A DNA stretch of 64,000 bases. Origin: Convolutriloba macropyga (taxonomy: Eukaryota). The position numbers were made by a program, and so were the translations under genes. Numbering within the stretch: the first letter of the stretch is position 1; every line of letters begins with the position of its first letter. Location: positions 59,272,001 to 59,336,000 of the forward strand of contig NC_134470.1 in NCBI RefSeq assembly GCF_964194025.1. The letters are read 5' to 3'. Below, one piece after another: positions 49,701-63,287 of the stretch. Under the pieces are notes generated by a model. That model worked only from the letters and a program-made list of their open reading frames with translations, was not told the origin of the DNA and searched no databases.

Positions 49701-52700
49701 AATTTACCACAAAAATTTCGTGAAAATATAATGGTTGCTTCAGTTCCATGTCAACAGTTGGCAAATCCATACGAAAAACTGACTGCATTTCCTCTGCAGT
49801 CACTAAATTTAATGAACAGTAATCATCTTGTTGTGCTAGTAGTAAAAATCGCCGCAGACCACGTTTGGTACAATTTCGAAAAAATAATCTGATTGTACAA
49901 AACGGAATTTCTACTAAAGGTCTCAGGAAAAAATGTAAAAGGGTAGATTTTCAAACCATTTAAACTACAGCGAGTACAGTTGTCCAAAAAATCCAGCTTA
50001 TTTTGAGCCAAATCCCAGAAGACAAAGTTTTAAAAATCTCTCCAGTGGTTCGTCTAGTATCGGCAATGGACTCCTCTTTTCTCTATAAAGTCGAACTTGG
50101 AAAATTTTCCTTGTATGAAACGTTATTAACAATCTATAAACCTGAGAACAACGGAAAAATTGAGCAGAGAAATAATGAAGCTTAAACTTGACCGTTGAAT
50201 TTGTAATCTACGCTTCAAAATTCCAAATCGAGTAATCTAGTAGTAAGTCAAGCAAAATGAGTACTCCGCCTCACGTACCTGATTCGATGAACTGTCTGAC
50301 CAAACTAACACTCGCACCTATACAAATAAAAAACTGTTAAACCTGGGACTACATTGCGCGAGAGTGCGTTTAAGCACGAAAATTGGTGCGATATCAAAGA
50401 CGAGAACAGAATGACTCTGACGACACGAAAGGCGGTCCCAAGTGAACCATTTTTCAGGTAATCAAAAAATTTGTGTCCACACTTTTCACTCTCTGAAATA
50501 GCAGATCTACTGAAACTAGCCAAACAGAAGAAGCTAAAAAACGGTCCAAAACGAATTTTTATGGGTAATGTAAAATTTTAGTTCCTTGCCATAGTGTGAC
50601 CAGAATCAAAACTCGGAGACCTTTTTTAAAAAAAACCTAGAAAAACAGCTATAATAACAGGCAATTGTGATTTAGCATGGTTTGTTGATCGTGAAGAGCA
50701 AAACCTCCAATTCTCCAAGTCGACAATACGTTGTAGGGCCAGAACACAGAGAAAAGAAAAACCATTGGCCCTGAGAGAAATTCAGGTTTAGAAATTTCTT
50801 TGCCATCAGATGAGTCATAAAAAAAATAGAGAACAAGAAATTGATGCAGAAAACAGGTCTCTTCCAACGAGTCTAGTATTGGACGCCTAGTGGACGTTTA
50901 AGTTCCCAAAAAGCCAAATTTATCTGCATTGTAAACTCAACCTCTAGAATATGCCGCATCTGTTTCGTGAAACTATAATGGTTGCTTCAGTTCCATCTCA
51001 ACCGTCGGCAAATCAATACGAAAAACTGACTGCATTTCCTCTACAGTCACTAAAATTAATGAACAATAATCGTCTTGTTGTGCTAGTGATAAAAATCGCC
51101 GCAGACCAAGTTTAGTACAATTTCGAGAAAATAATCTGATTGTACAAAACCGGACTTCTACTAAAGCTCTAAGGAGAAAATGTAAACTGGTAGATTTTCA
51201 AACCTCTTAAACTACAGCGAGTACAGTTGTCCAATATATCCAAGATATTGTGAGCAAAATCCCAGAAGACAAAATCTTAAAAATCTCTCCAATTGTTCGT
51301 CTAGTGTCGGCAATGGACTCCTGTTTTCTCTTTAAAGTCCAACTTTGAAAATCTTCCTTGTATGAAACGTTACTAACCATCTATAAATCTGAGAACAACG
51401 GAAAAAAAATGAAGCTTAAAACTTGACCGTTGAATTTGTGATCTACGCTTCACAACTCCAAAACTTTATAAAATCTACCAGTAGAAACGCAAAAGTCAAT
51501 CTAAGATCAACGCTAGATTCAACTTAAAATTAAGTAAGCTCTACGCTTATTGAAGCTATAAAAAGTGAATTAATATTCGACTTTATCAAGAGTGCAGTAA
51601 TTAGGTGACAAGCATGCAGGAGGTCAGTGGTTCGAGTCTCACATACAGAAGACTAAAGGAAGAAAAAATGTAACAGCAAAATAATGAATTAACAAACTTT
51701 TGCTGCATTTAAAATTCAAATTTATGTAAGATTTACGCTTTAAAATGCAAAATCACGTAAGTTCTACGCTTATGAAAGCACAATTGTGTAAAATAAGCTG
51801 ACAACTTGACGTTTCTCTTCAAGTAACGTGCAGAAAAAATCTTTTTTTGCGAGTTTCAATCCTCCTAAGTCAAGCCAAAAGAGTACTCCGCCTCATGCAT
51901 CTGATTCGATGAATTGTCTGACCAAACTAACACTCGCGCCTATACAAATAAACAAACTGTTGAACTTGGGACTACATTGCGGGAGAGTGCGTTTAAGCAT
52001 GAAAATTGTTGCGATATCAAAGACGAGAACAGAATGACTGACGACACGGGAAACGATCTAAGGTGAGCCACTTTTCAGGTACTCAAAAAATTTGTGTAGA
52101 CACATTTCACTCTCTAAAATAGCAGTTCAACGAAAACTAGCCAGATTGAAGAAGCTAAAAAGCTGTCCAAAACGAATTTTTTTAGATAATGTAAAATTTT
52201 AGTTCCTTGCCATAGTGTGACCAGAATCAAAACTCGGAGTCCTTATTTTAAAAACCTTGAAAAACAGCTATAGTAACAGGCAATTGTGATTTAGCATGGT
52301 TTGGTTATCGTGAACAGCAAAACCTCCAACTCTCCAATTCGACAATACGTTGTAGGGCCAGGCCCTCGAGAAAAGAAAAACCATTGGCCCTGAGAGAAAT
52401 TCAGATTTAGAAATTTCTTTGCCATCAGATGAGTCATAAAAAAATAGAGAACAAAAAATTGATGCAGAAAACAGGTTTCTTCCAACGAGTCTAGTATTGG
52501 ACGCCTATGGACGTTTATGTTCCCAAAAAGCCAAATTTATCTGCATTGTAAACTCAACCTCTAGAATATGCCGCATCTATTTCGTGAAATTATAATGGTT
52601 TCTTTAGTTCCATCTCAACCGTCGGCAAATCAATACAAAAAACTGACTGCAATTCCTCTATAGTCACCAAATTTAATGAACAAAAATCATCTTTGTGTGC

Positions 52701-53045
52701 TGGTGGTAAAAATCACCGCAGACCAAGTTTAGTACAATTTCGAAAAAATAATCTAATTGTACAAAATCGAATTTCTGCTAACGCTCTAAGGAGAAAATGT
52801 AACAGGGTAGATTTTCAAATCTCTAAGACTACAGCGAGTAAAGTTGTCGAAAATATCCAAGATAATGTGAGCCAAATCCCAGAAGACAAAATCTTAATAA
52901 TCTCTCCAGTGGTTCCTCTGGTGTCGGCAATGTACTCCGGTTTTCTCTATAAAGTTGAACTTGGAAAATCTTCCTTGTATGAAACGTTATTAACAATCTA
53001 TAAATCTCAGAACAACGGAAAATTAGAGCAGAGAAAAAATGAAGA
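43715..53045 (+). repeat. Tandem array of about 6 units of ~1.6 kb inside composite block copy 2 (41757-53130)
   Basis: Marker gaagcttaaacttgaccgttgaattt (with minor variants) recurs at ~43717, 45345, 46965, 48541, 50180 and 51411. Unit 5 carries a ~400-bp deletion. Confidence 0.95.
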
Positions 53046-53199
53046 TAGAATCTGTTTGTTAATTATTACTAGCTATCCGGAAGTTCAAAAATTCTAATTC
53101 ATGTTTACCTGGACAAACGTTACTCATCCCCAGTTGAGAGGTCAAATTTATTAAAAGACTTAAAAATTCGGCATGGGGGGTAGTTTCCCTACCTTAAAT

Positions 53200-53865
53200 A
53201 CACGGTCGACTCTCTTAGTAACGTCGACCTAAAGTCTTTTCATAAGTCGGTCAACGGTAATTTCATATCCAATATAGGTCGACTCTAGGGTCTTTTTATA
53301 CCCGGATAACGGTCGACCCATAGTCTTTTCATAGATGATACCGTCGACCTAAAGTTTTTCATAAGTCGACCAATGGTCTTTTCATATCCAGTACGGTTGA
53401 CCTAAAGCCTACTTCATAGATCTTTTTTACCAAATATTTGGTGCATTTTTAGGGGTTCATGGGTTCTTTAAATCCCAGTGTTGAGCACTCCGTATGTACA
53501 GAGATAAAATCAAATGCACTAGAAACATCTCAATAATGTAAAATAGAAGGACAATATGTTGGCTGGAACAAAGATTTTTAAAAAAGAAATTTTGTCCTTG
53601 GCCAAATGTTTTTGTCAACTGAAGCAAAACCATTCACACTTGCAACTACATTATATGCAAAAACGCATCAGCTAAAACCCAAGGTCGACCAGTGCCATAT
53701 CGGTTGACTTAAAGTAGTTCATGACCATATCGGTCGACCTAAAGTCCACCATGACCATATCAGTTGACCTAAAGTGGAGCATGACCATTAGGGTCGACCT
53801 AAACCCGGCCAAGACTATTAGGGTCGACCAAAAATCATTTCATAGCCAACATTGGTCGACCACTT
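53200..53865 (+). repeat. GTCGAC-core minisatellite (~30-bp period), two clusters
   Basis: ggtcgacctaaag-type units at 53205-53405 and in 30-bp phase at 53703-53830. Confidence 0.8.
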
Positions 53866-55619
53866 GTGTTGTGTTCCTCTTGCGCAATCCTGTCCTGTAT
53901 CAGATGAATATTAAAGAGATCTTCATATGCAGGAAGGTCAACAGCAGCAAGCGACGCTTTTAGTCAGTTTAGTATTCTCTTAGCTCCCTGATATTGTGTT
54001 CTTGACGTTTGAGAAGAGTTTTGCTCTTATGGTTTCCCCATTTATCTAAGCTTATGTAGTGTTCTGTGATGTAGTTGGTAGCAAAGATTAACGTGAATCT
54101 TCACTCTTAAGGATTGATCCCAGAACTCGTCTGCAATATCGACAACAATTTCTCTGGAAATTTTGACAGCTCTTTTTTTTCGCGCTCCTTTACAATCAAT
54201 CGGCAATTGAGCATTTACATGGTATCCAAAAAATGTTTATCACGATCGGATAGATCCGTGAAGAAATTAAGCAGGTTTACCATGCTTTCAAAATTACTGC
54301 GATTTTCAGGGTTTCATTTCTGCGTTATGAGTGAGGTCAATCAACAGCAGTGTGGCTATAGCATACACTGGCATGGCAATATGATCTCCCTGCCGAATAC
54401 AGCAGGTCGGTTGGGGCTGTGTAAAAATTTTAAGCGAATATTCAAAGCAGTACAAACTTTTTTTGTCTTCAAGAGATAAATGTCGATTGAAGCATTTGAA
54501 TGCTTTTCTGGCTTCTACCAGGATTCCTGCTTCACTTTTGGGACTACTGCTTCGCCATAGGCAGACCGCATTGAATCTACAGCATATTTAAACCCACTCT
54601 TTTCGCTTAAGCAGAGCTGGCCTCCGAGAAACTGAAAAACATTTGCAATGCTTTTTTTTTGACGCACTACCCAACAGTACGGCGCGAGACGTCTCCCAAT
54701 CAGTTTTTCTAACCCGAGGGTTTTTGTTGAGTGATATGAACCAAACTGCTTTTTGTGCTGCCAAATGTTTATCAGAATTTTATGATTTTTCTGATGGCAA
54801 TTTTGTATAACGTTTCCCCAAAACTGACTGAGTCCTCAATTCATCATATCAGAATACTTTTCCATTCGTTTGCGTCTAAATTTGAAGGACTGTGATTGCC
54901 ATGAGTTTACATCGCAGTTTTTCCAATTGCCCTTGGGCTGACGTTTTGAAATATATATGGTATGGAAAGGAATTGAAAGATTGAGGGCCATAATAGTATT
55001 TTGGATTGTCCTGAGAGAGTTATGGCTGTTTTTCATGGAATAGTGCAATTAAAGTTTTTCATCGGAGTTATCCGTCTGTGAGTAGATCCCTGATGAGGGT
55101 TTTACTGTTTAGAATTTAATTGTTTTCGATCTTTTTTCTATTTCTGTGAAATTGTCGATTTCTTTCAGGTTATCCCTTTCTGTGCTGGAGTTTCTTTCAC
55201 AAAGCTTAAATTGCAGGGACAAAAAAACACAAAGCACAAAATCATTTTACGTGTAAAAGTTTTTAGATATTAAATAAAAGAATCGGTCCCAGTCATCAGC
55301 TGACATTTTGAGAAAAATTTGCAATCACTAAAATCTGCAATTACAATAACGGCTTTAAACCTTCGAAAGGGGTTTTGCGAGAGAACGTTGTAAACGTCTC
55401 TTAAGGTAGCAGAACCGTATGAGTGAGTGCAAGACTTCACAGCTCTGGCTCCTTGTACGAGTCTCTCCCACACCACCTTGACATCCACTCTCACTCCAAG
55501 TCGCAGCTGTTTATTTGCTCTTAAACTCATAGGATTTGAAAACGCAAATAAATAAATTTGAACTATATAGATTTATTACTTTTTCAAAAATGAAAACAAT
55601 ACCTATTTTTAAGAACGGT

Positions 55620-58270
55620 ACGTTCTATGGTAGGAGGTTATTGTCTCTGGTGTTTGGGAAACAACGTCAAGAAAAGGAGACATCATCATTAGAGACATTT
55701 ATTTAATTTTATCAGATATTTATAAATAAACTATTATTAAGTTTATTGCAACAATTGGAGATACCTGCATTTGATAGTTTTCACTGTATTGATTGTTTTT
55801 TCAAACAATGGATTAAACAGATGAAAACGCCTAGCTCAGTAACAACGCTTTAGATGACATAAACGAAGTATGCGGATTATTGCTTTTCTGCTCCATAGTA
55901 GCTGCCTGGCACTCCAAAACAGATACCTTACCTTTCCTCATTTCACAACACTTCACTTTTCGAAATATTCTGACTGTTTCAAACTTCAACGCAAAAAAAT
56001 TTTTTTGTTGAGATTGTTGAGCCAATTCTTGCATGATAAAGCAAATTCCTCTGCGGGATACTGAAAAAAACAAATTGAGTTATCATCTCATTTGACGCAG
56101 ACGCTGTAATGAAATTATCTTTTGTGAATTATAAATGTTCTTTTAATGAATTGTTTTTCAAAAAAGGAAAAGTCTTCCTACTGTCTGCTGGTTGACAGAA
56201 AAGACAAGTTAAGAAACTTACCACCTTCAACGCAAACCTTACATAGTCTCATTAATAAGTTGAGTCGATAGACTTAGCGAAGAAAATTTGTTTGGTGTGC
56301 GGTTTATAGCAGTGAATATTTTTCACCCTTTAAACGCATTCACATGTGTTTTTACATCTTTTTTCCTATAATTTCTGCGATGAAGATATTTGGTAATTCT
56401 TGTGGTAAGTATTGGTAGGATTTGCGATTTTAGGAGAAAACTTTTTTAATCGCTAAAACTTGCAATTCTTAAAAAAATTTCACCATTTCACTTTACTTTT
56501 TACTTTTTCACGCAATTTTTAACGTTCACAATCAGGCTTGGGCTGCAGTTTTGCCTTTTTTACTTATGCAATGCTCCAAAAAAGTGGAGCGCTCTCTTTG
56601 CGTGCTGGCCGACAAAAGTGCTGAAGCAACTGGCCTGCCGTCAAAGCCCTCTGCGCAAATAGAGGACAGCATTCTGGTTGACAGAAACGACGATTTAAGA
56701 AATTCAACACTTTCGACTCGAATCTTACATAGTCTCATCAATAAGTTGAGTCGAAAGACCTAGCGATAAAACTTTGTTGGGTCTGCGGTTTTTAACGGTA
56801 GATTTTTTTCACCGCTTTAAATGCCTCCACATATGTTTTTGCATCTTTTTTCCAACTAATTTCCGCGATGAGGATATTTGGAATTTTCACTGGTGAATTT
56901 TTGTGAGATTTGAGATTTCTAGGAGTAAATTTTTTTCAAGGCCTTAAACGCTAAAAATTGTAAAATTTACGACTCTTCACCGCCTTCACTTTAATTCTTA
57001 CTTTTTTACTCAACTTTCTTCAACGTGCAGGACCCAGCTTGGGCTACAGTTTTGCCGTTTTTATTTACGCAATTCTCCAAAAATTCGCTATTCTGAATCA
57101 GTTTATCAATCTGATTTAGCTAAATGTTTTGCAATTGTCTTTGCATGCACTGGTGGAGCTGTGCCATCAGCTTTAGGAGCACTGAAACAACGGGCGGCAT
57201 CAAAGCTTGCTGTGTGAAAAGAGGACAACTACGCTGACATCATATAAAATCTAATGATAGATTCAGCTTTGCTCCAAAATTGTTGGTGCTTCAATGTGAG
57301 CTGCGGTTGGGGAGCTGCGGTACCTACTATGGTTGAAGGTTATTGTCTCTGGTGTTTCTGAGCCAACGTCAAGAAATGCAGACATCATCATTAGAGACAT
57401 TTATTTATTTTTATCAGATATTTTTAAATAAAGTTTATATTGTTAAGTTTATCGCAACAATTGGAGATACCTGCATTTGATTCAGGTTTTCACTGTATTG
57501 ATTGTGTTTTCAAAATTCAATGCGAAAAAGGTTTTTTTTCGTTGAAATTGTTGAGGCAATTCTTGCATGATAAAGAAAATGCTTCTGCGGGATAGTTAAA
57601 AAAATTGAATTATCATCTCATTTGACGCAGACAGTGTAATGAAATTATCTTTTGTGATCTATATATGTTTAATGAATTGTTTTTCAAAAAAGAAAAATCT
57701 TCCAACTGTCTGCTTGTTGAGAGAAAAGACAATTTAAGGAACTTACCTTCTTCAACTCAAACCTTACATAGTGTCATTAATAAGTTGAGTCGATAGACTT
57801 AGCGACCAAACTTTGTTTGGTTTGCAGTTTTGAGCGGTGATTTTTTCCCACCGCTTTAAACACATTCACCTGTATTTTTGCATCTTTTTCCCAATAATTT
57901 TGGCGATGAAGGTATTTGTTAATTTTAGTTGCAATTGTTTCAACTTTTCACCGCCTTCAATTTAATTCTTACATTTTCACGCATTTCTAACGATCACAAC
58001 CCAGCTCGGGTTACAGCTTTATCGTTTTTTTTATGCAATGCTCCAACAATTTCGCTATTCTGGATAATTTTATCAACCTGATTCAGCTAATTGTTGTCCA
58101 AATGTTTTTGCATGCGCTGTCGGAGCTGGCCTATCAACTTCAAAAAGGCTGAAACAACTGGCATCAGAGCTTTCTGAGCAAAAAGAGGACAGCTCCATCC
58201 GTTGCATTCGAGGCTCAAGGACATTGAGGCGGTGAAAAATTGTTGATGCTACAATGTGAGCTGCGGTTAG
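55620..58270 (+). repeat. Diverged tandem duplication (55620-57310 and 57320-58270) with an internal ~480-bp sub-duplication
   Basis: aggttattgtctctggtgttt...gacatcatcattagagacattt at ~55635 and ~57337; aatgtgagctgcggtt at ~57293 and ~58253; ttacatagtctcat at 56239 and 56725. Confidence 0.85.
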
Positions 58271-58949
58271 GGAGGTTGTTAGTTTGACTCACGTACTTTG
58301 GCGTTTAGCTGTTTGTGTTTTAATTCTCTCTATCTTTTGTTTTACATTTTTTCAGCTGATGTTTGTGTACCCTTTTATCTTTTTATTGATAGATTTGAGC
58401 AATATAAAGTGCTTTATGAAGACGTAGTATTGAGAGGGCCTCGGATCAGCCAATATTCAGCCAGTGATGGGTAGGGGCATTTCTTAATGTAGCTTTTGTT
58501 TTTATTTGACAAATTAGAATTGGCACAGGATCCATATTATGGTGGTTATCAAAGGCATCATCAGTTCCTATTACACTAATTCAAGACAAATGCAGATATC
58601 ATTTGTCTCCAAACTCCTTGAAAATCAATTTTTAGTTCAGAACAACTTCCAACCCATGATGGGCAGTTCAGAAATCCTGTATTTTTGTTTCACTGAGAAC
58701 CTCTCATTTTTCGTTATTTTTTCTGAAAACAAAAGGAAATTTCTTGAAATCACACTGTGGATTTGAAATCTTGAACGTGTCTGTGGATTGAGGACAAGGC
58801 TGCTTTTATAAGTTCAAAAGAAGCATTTCAAAGAAAAGGTAACACCTACTGAGCTTGGCTCATTGCTTCAGAAAATATAATCAAGTCATGAGGTTATTTA
58901 AAAGGTTACGGTCAACGAACAATGCGGAGCAAATATAAGTCTCAACTTA

Positions 58950-61536
58950 TGTAGAAAAAAGTTTTTTATTTTAATAAAACTCGATTGGATATCAGCGAAA
59001 TTGAACAGGCTTCATTGGAGTGGGTTTCTTGTTGGGTTGAGTATTAGGTCAGGAATAACAAAATTGGTAGCTGCTGCTTTTGTAAACGTATTATCGGGAG
59101 AAGAAAGCGAAAACGGATGAAGCAAATATGCCTAATTTTTCGGCTGATGAGAAAATGTGCCTCTAAGATATTTGACGTATAGTGTCATCAAAATGTTCAA
59201 ATTTTCCTCAGTACTACTACTACCATTTTAACCACCCAAATTGGTGAAAACGGGTACATAAAAATAAGGAAAGATTTGTCCCTACTTAGGAAGAATTCAA
59301 CGAATTACTGAAGACTTGGAGTAGAATCAAAAGTTTTTGATTTACAGGATTGTGATCATCTGATCAAAATCAGTGGAAAAAATACAGATTACTAAGTACA
59401 CTGTCTAATGAACTTCAAACTAGACTGGCAATTGTAAAAAGTCATGAAATTGCTGGTTCAATTGCAATAGGAGGATCAAAGAATGGAAATTGCTGTCAAT
59501 TGAGCATGTAATTTGGGTTGAAATGAGTATCAGGAAAAACTTTTGATCAAGAGACACTGACTTAATTTTTCAAAATTCGAACAGTTTAATTAAAGCTTGC
59601 AGCTTACCAAAGCTGATTGTAGCAAAGGGTAAACAGAACACGATTGTCAATGTACAAATTTTCATGCTGAAAGACTTTTTTCGTTCGGTATTTTTTCGAA
59701 AGCATATGTTCAGTAAAGACGACATCATCGTAGGGATCCCGCCTTTGACAACTTTGGCATCCGAAAGAGAGGAGTGCTAAACATTTTCTCCAACGTACAT
59801 AACAGTTGAGAGGATTGAGTAGTTTACTGCTCTTTTTTTTCAAAAAGTCCAAAACTAATCAGCTTGTAACATAAACTGCTAAAATATGTCAAAATACAGG
59901 AGACTATACATAAAAAGAAGAACCGACAAAACGCTGAACATTACAGACCAGTTTCACTATTAAACAATGAAACAAAATCTTCAATAACTTTTTTTCACTG
60001 CTCTCTAAAAAAATTTCCGCCGATTTTTCGAGAGAATCAAAATGATTTTGTAAAAAGGGATCAATCCAAATTAGCATGTCTTTCTTCCTAAAAGGAATCT
60101 ATGAATCATTAGAGAAAGTTGCTAACAATGAAATGGTTGTTTTTTAAAAAGATTTATCAGAACTTCTGACAATGGATCTCACTTAGAGCTAGGTGGCTGC
60201 ATGCTTAGATTATTTAAACGACAGAAAACCGTTTGTTGTAGAAAAAAGTTCTTTATTTTAAGGCAAATAATGAAAATTCGATCGGATATCAGCAAAATTG
60301 AACAAGCTTTATTGGAGTGGGTTTTTTGTTGAGTTGAGTATTAGGTCGGTAATAACAAAATTGGTAGCTGCTGCTTTTTTAAACGTATATTCAAGAGAAG
60401 AAAGCGAAAACGGGTGAAGCAAATATGCCCAATTTTCCGGCTGTGGAGAAATTGTGTCTCAAATAATTTTGACGAATGGTGTCATCAAAATGTTCAAATT
60501 TTCCTCAGTACTACTACTACTACCATTTTCAACACACAAATTGGTGAAAACGGGTACTTAAAAATAAGGAAAGATTTTTCCCTACTTAAGAGGAATTCAA
60601 CGAATTACTGAAGACTTGGAGTAAAATCAAAAGTTTTTGAATTAGAGGATTGTGATCATTTGATCAAAATCAGTTGAAACAATACAGATTACAAAGTACA
60701 CTGTCTAATGAACTTCAAATTAGACTGGAAATTGTGAAAAGTCATGAAATTGCTGGTTCAATTGCAATAGGAGGATCAAAGAATGGAAATTGCTGTCACC
60801 TGAGCATGTAATTTGGGTTGAAATGAGTATCAGGAAAAACTTTTGATCAAGAGACACGGACTTAATTTTTCAAAATTCGAACAATTTAATTAAAGCTTGC
60901 AGCTTACCAAAGCTGATTGTAGCAAAGGGTAAACAGAACACGAGTGTCAATGTACAAATTTTCATGCTGAAAGACTTTTTTCGTTGGGTATTTTTTCCAA
61001 AGCATATGTTCAGTAAAGACGACATCATCGTAGGGATCCCGCCTTTGACAACTTTGGCATCTGAAAGAGAGGAATGCTAATAATTTTCTCCAACTTACAT
61101 AACAGTTGAGAGGATTGAGTAGTTTACTGCTCATTTTTTTCAAAAAGTCCAAAACTAATCAGCTTGTAACATAAACTGCTAAAATATGTCAAAATACAGG
61201 AGACTATACATAAAAAAAAGAACCGACAAAACGCTGAACATTACAGACCAGTTTCACTATTAAACAATGAAACAAAATCTTCAATAACTTTTTTTCACTG
61301 CTCTCTAAAAAAATTTCCGCAGATTTTTCGAGAGAATCAAAATGATTTTGTAAACAGGGATCAATCCAAATTAGCATGTCTTTCTTCCTAAAAGGAATCT
61401 ATGAATCATTAGAGAAAGTTGCTAACAATGAAATGGTTGCTTTTTAAAAAGATTTATCAGAACTTCTGACAATGGATCTCACTTAGAGCTAGGTGGCTGC
61501 ATGCTTAGATTATTTAAACAACAAAAAACTGTTTGT
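58950..61536 (+). repeat. Recent ~1.3-kb tandem duplication (58950-60237 and 60238-61536)
   Basis: Near-identical colinear copies, e.g. duplicated minus-strand ORFs 59604-59852 and 60904-61152. Confidence 0.95.
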
Positions 61537-62938
61537 TCATTGTGACAACGTTAGCTCAACTGTACGATCTGTGATCTCTTCCAAGTGCTATATCACACGG
61601 CTCACTGCTGGGTCTGATTTGGTTTCGCATCTTCATAAAAGATTCACCAGAAGTTCTTCTATTTGCTGACCGTTCTTGTTTCTGCTGGTATAAAGTTTTT
61701 AAGCAATAGCAGAAACTTGTGGAAAATTGTACTTAATTGGGATTGTATTGAATGTTGGGCTAGTGAAAATAAATGAAACTAACCATGGACAAGTTTGCAC
61801 AACTGACATTCAGATGGGCTAAAAAGAAATTCACTTTGTTGAGACAGATACTGGATTCAGTGAAAATAGTCAATGATCTACGCCTTTTCGTATCAGCAGA
61901 CCTAAAATTGAAATTCATACATTAGAGAGAGACTGAAAATGCCGAGTATAACTTTTGAGTTTAAACGTGTGTTCTAATTTGAATTTTTTCAAGCTCCTTC
62001 TTTACAAGTCTTTGGTACTGCCTTTGAAGCTATACGACTTAAATTGTAAAGCGTTCAATCATTCTGAAACAGTTTCGAGAAAATTCAAAAGAAGGTAGTC
62101 AAATGGATAACTGGAAAGTATAATTTAGCGAATAGCTTAAACTAGACTACAGCGAATGGTTAAGTTTTTAAACATCTAACCGTTGCCAATGCTTATCGAT
62201 CGAAAGGGCCTTCTCTTTGTTTCGAAACTGAGGCCTGAGAAAATTGAAATGGTTGAGATGCAAGTAACATAAAATTCAGATACACGGAAGCATCGAACTG
62301 GAAAAAAATTAAGATTGAAAAAGGCGCGAACTGAATTTGTTTTCAAAACTTGTAGTATTGCGATTAAAATAAATTAATTTATTGATTTCTATAAATGCAG
62401 AGGTTTAAAACAAAGAATTGTGCAATTGATGGGCAATTTTTTAATTAAAGTTTCTCGGAAAACAATGTCTGCACGAGCAATTGGATTGCGATTGTAGAGT
62501 GCAGAAACAATCTGGGATCTTGTCCCTGCTTTCAGCAACTCCACGACAAGAACAAAAACAAATACATCGTCCAACTCCTCAAGCTAAAGAGATGCTTGTG
62601 AACATTTATAAGAATATTTTAAAGTTCGGGAAAACTTCAATATTCAACAAACTTAATCTCGTAAATTTGTCGTTACTTCAAAAAGCGTAACCATAGTTGC
62701 CATAATTGTTTTCGTAAAAGTTTTACGGCCAATCCCCTAAACCTCCTAAGAACTGTTTCTCAACCAGGACCCAGAAGAAAACAAAGGCGAGAAAATGTCT
62801 ACCGTCAGGAAAAACCTGCTTGGAAATTAGTTTTCGTCAGTGCTCGGCCATTTTATAGAGCATTCATTATAGAGGTTCTTCAAATCATTGTGAGCAAATC
62901 TTGCCGGTATGATTTTCACTGTTGCATTTGACGGTCAT

Positions 62939-62997
<59 letters not shown>
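62939..62997. repeat. (TA)n microsatellite
   Basis: TA run with one interruption. Confidence 0.95.
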
Positions 62998-62999
<2 letters not shown>

Positions 63000-63130
63000 T
63001 TTTTCATGTTATGCAGATATTTTGTTTGTTTTGTCCATGAAAGGGCTTTACTTATGTGGATATTGCAATTTAACTTTCTAGTTGCTCTCAATCGAACTGG
63101 AAGCAATTATCGTAAACGTAACGGTCTTTT

Positions 63131-63251
63131 GGGTCGTTCCAATTATAGCCCCATGAAATGATAGCCCACATTATGGGATATTTACCATAATTGGGGGGGG
63201 GCTAAGTTGATCTGACCACTAAGCTGGAGGGGGCTATAATTGAAAAGGCTC
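63131..63251. mobile_element. MITE family B
   Basis: Degenerate 22-bp TIRs; perfect 8-bp TSD ggtctttt (63123-63130 and 63252-63259). Confidence 0.85.
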
Positions 63252-63287
63252 GGTCTTTTTTATGCAAAGTTTTGTGCTTGATCGTTT

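Noticed and set aside
43715-53045. CRISPR-like or regularly spaced repeat-spacer system
   Set aside because: Whole units are homologous along their length. There are no unique spacers and no cas genes, and the context is eukaryotic.
58390-58840. Possible + strand exons (FEQYKVLYEDVVLRGPRISQY...)
   Set aside because: Plausible splice sites exist, but downstream frames hit stops quickly and no family is recognisable.
62885-63106. ORF with IYIYIY repeat, and the HTHT ORF at 38399-38674
   Set aside because: These are translations of (TA)n and (CA)n microsatellites.
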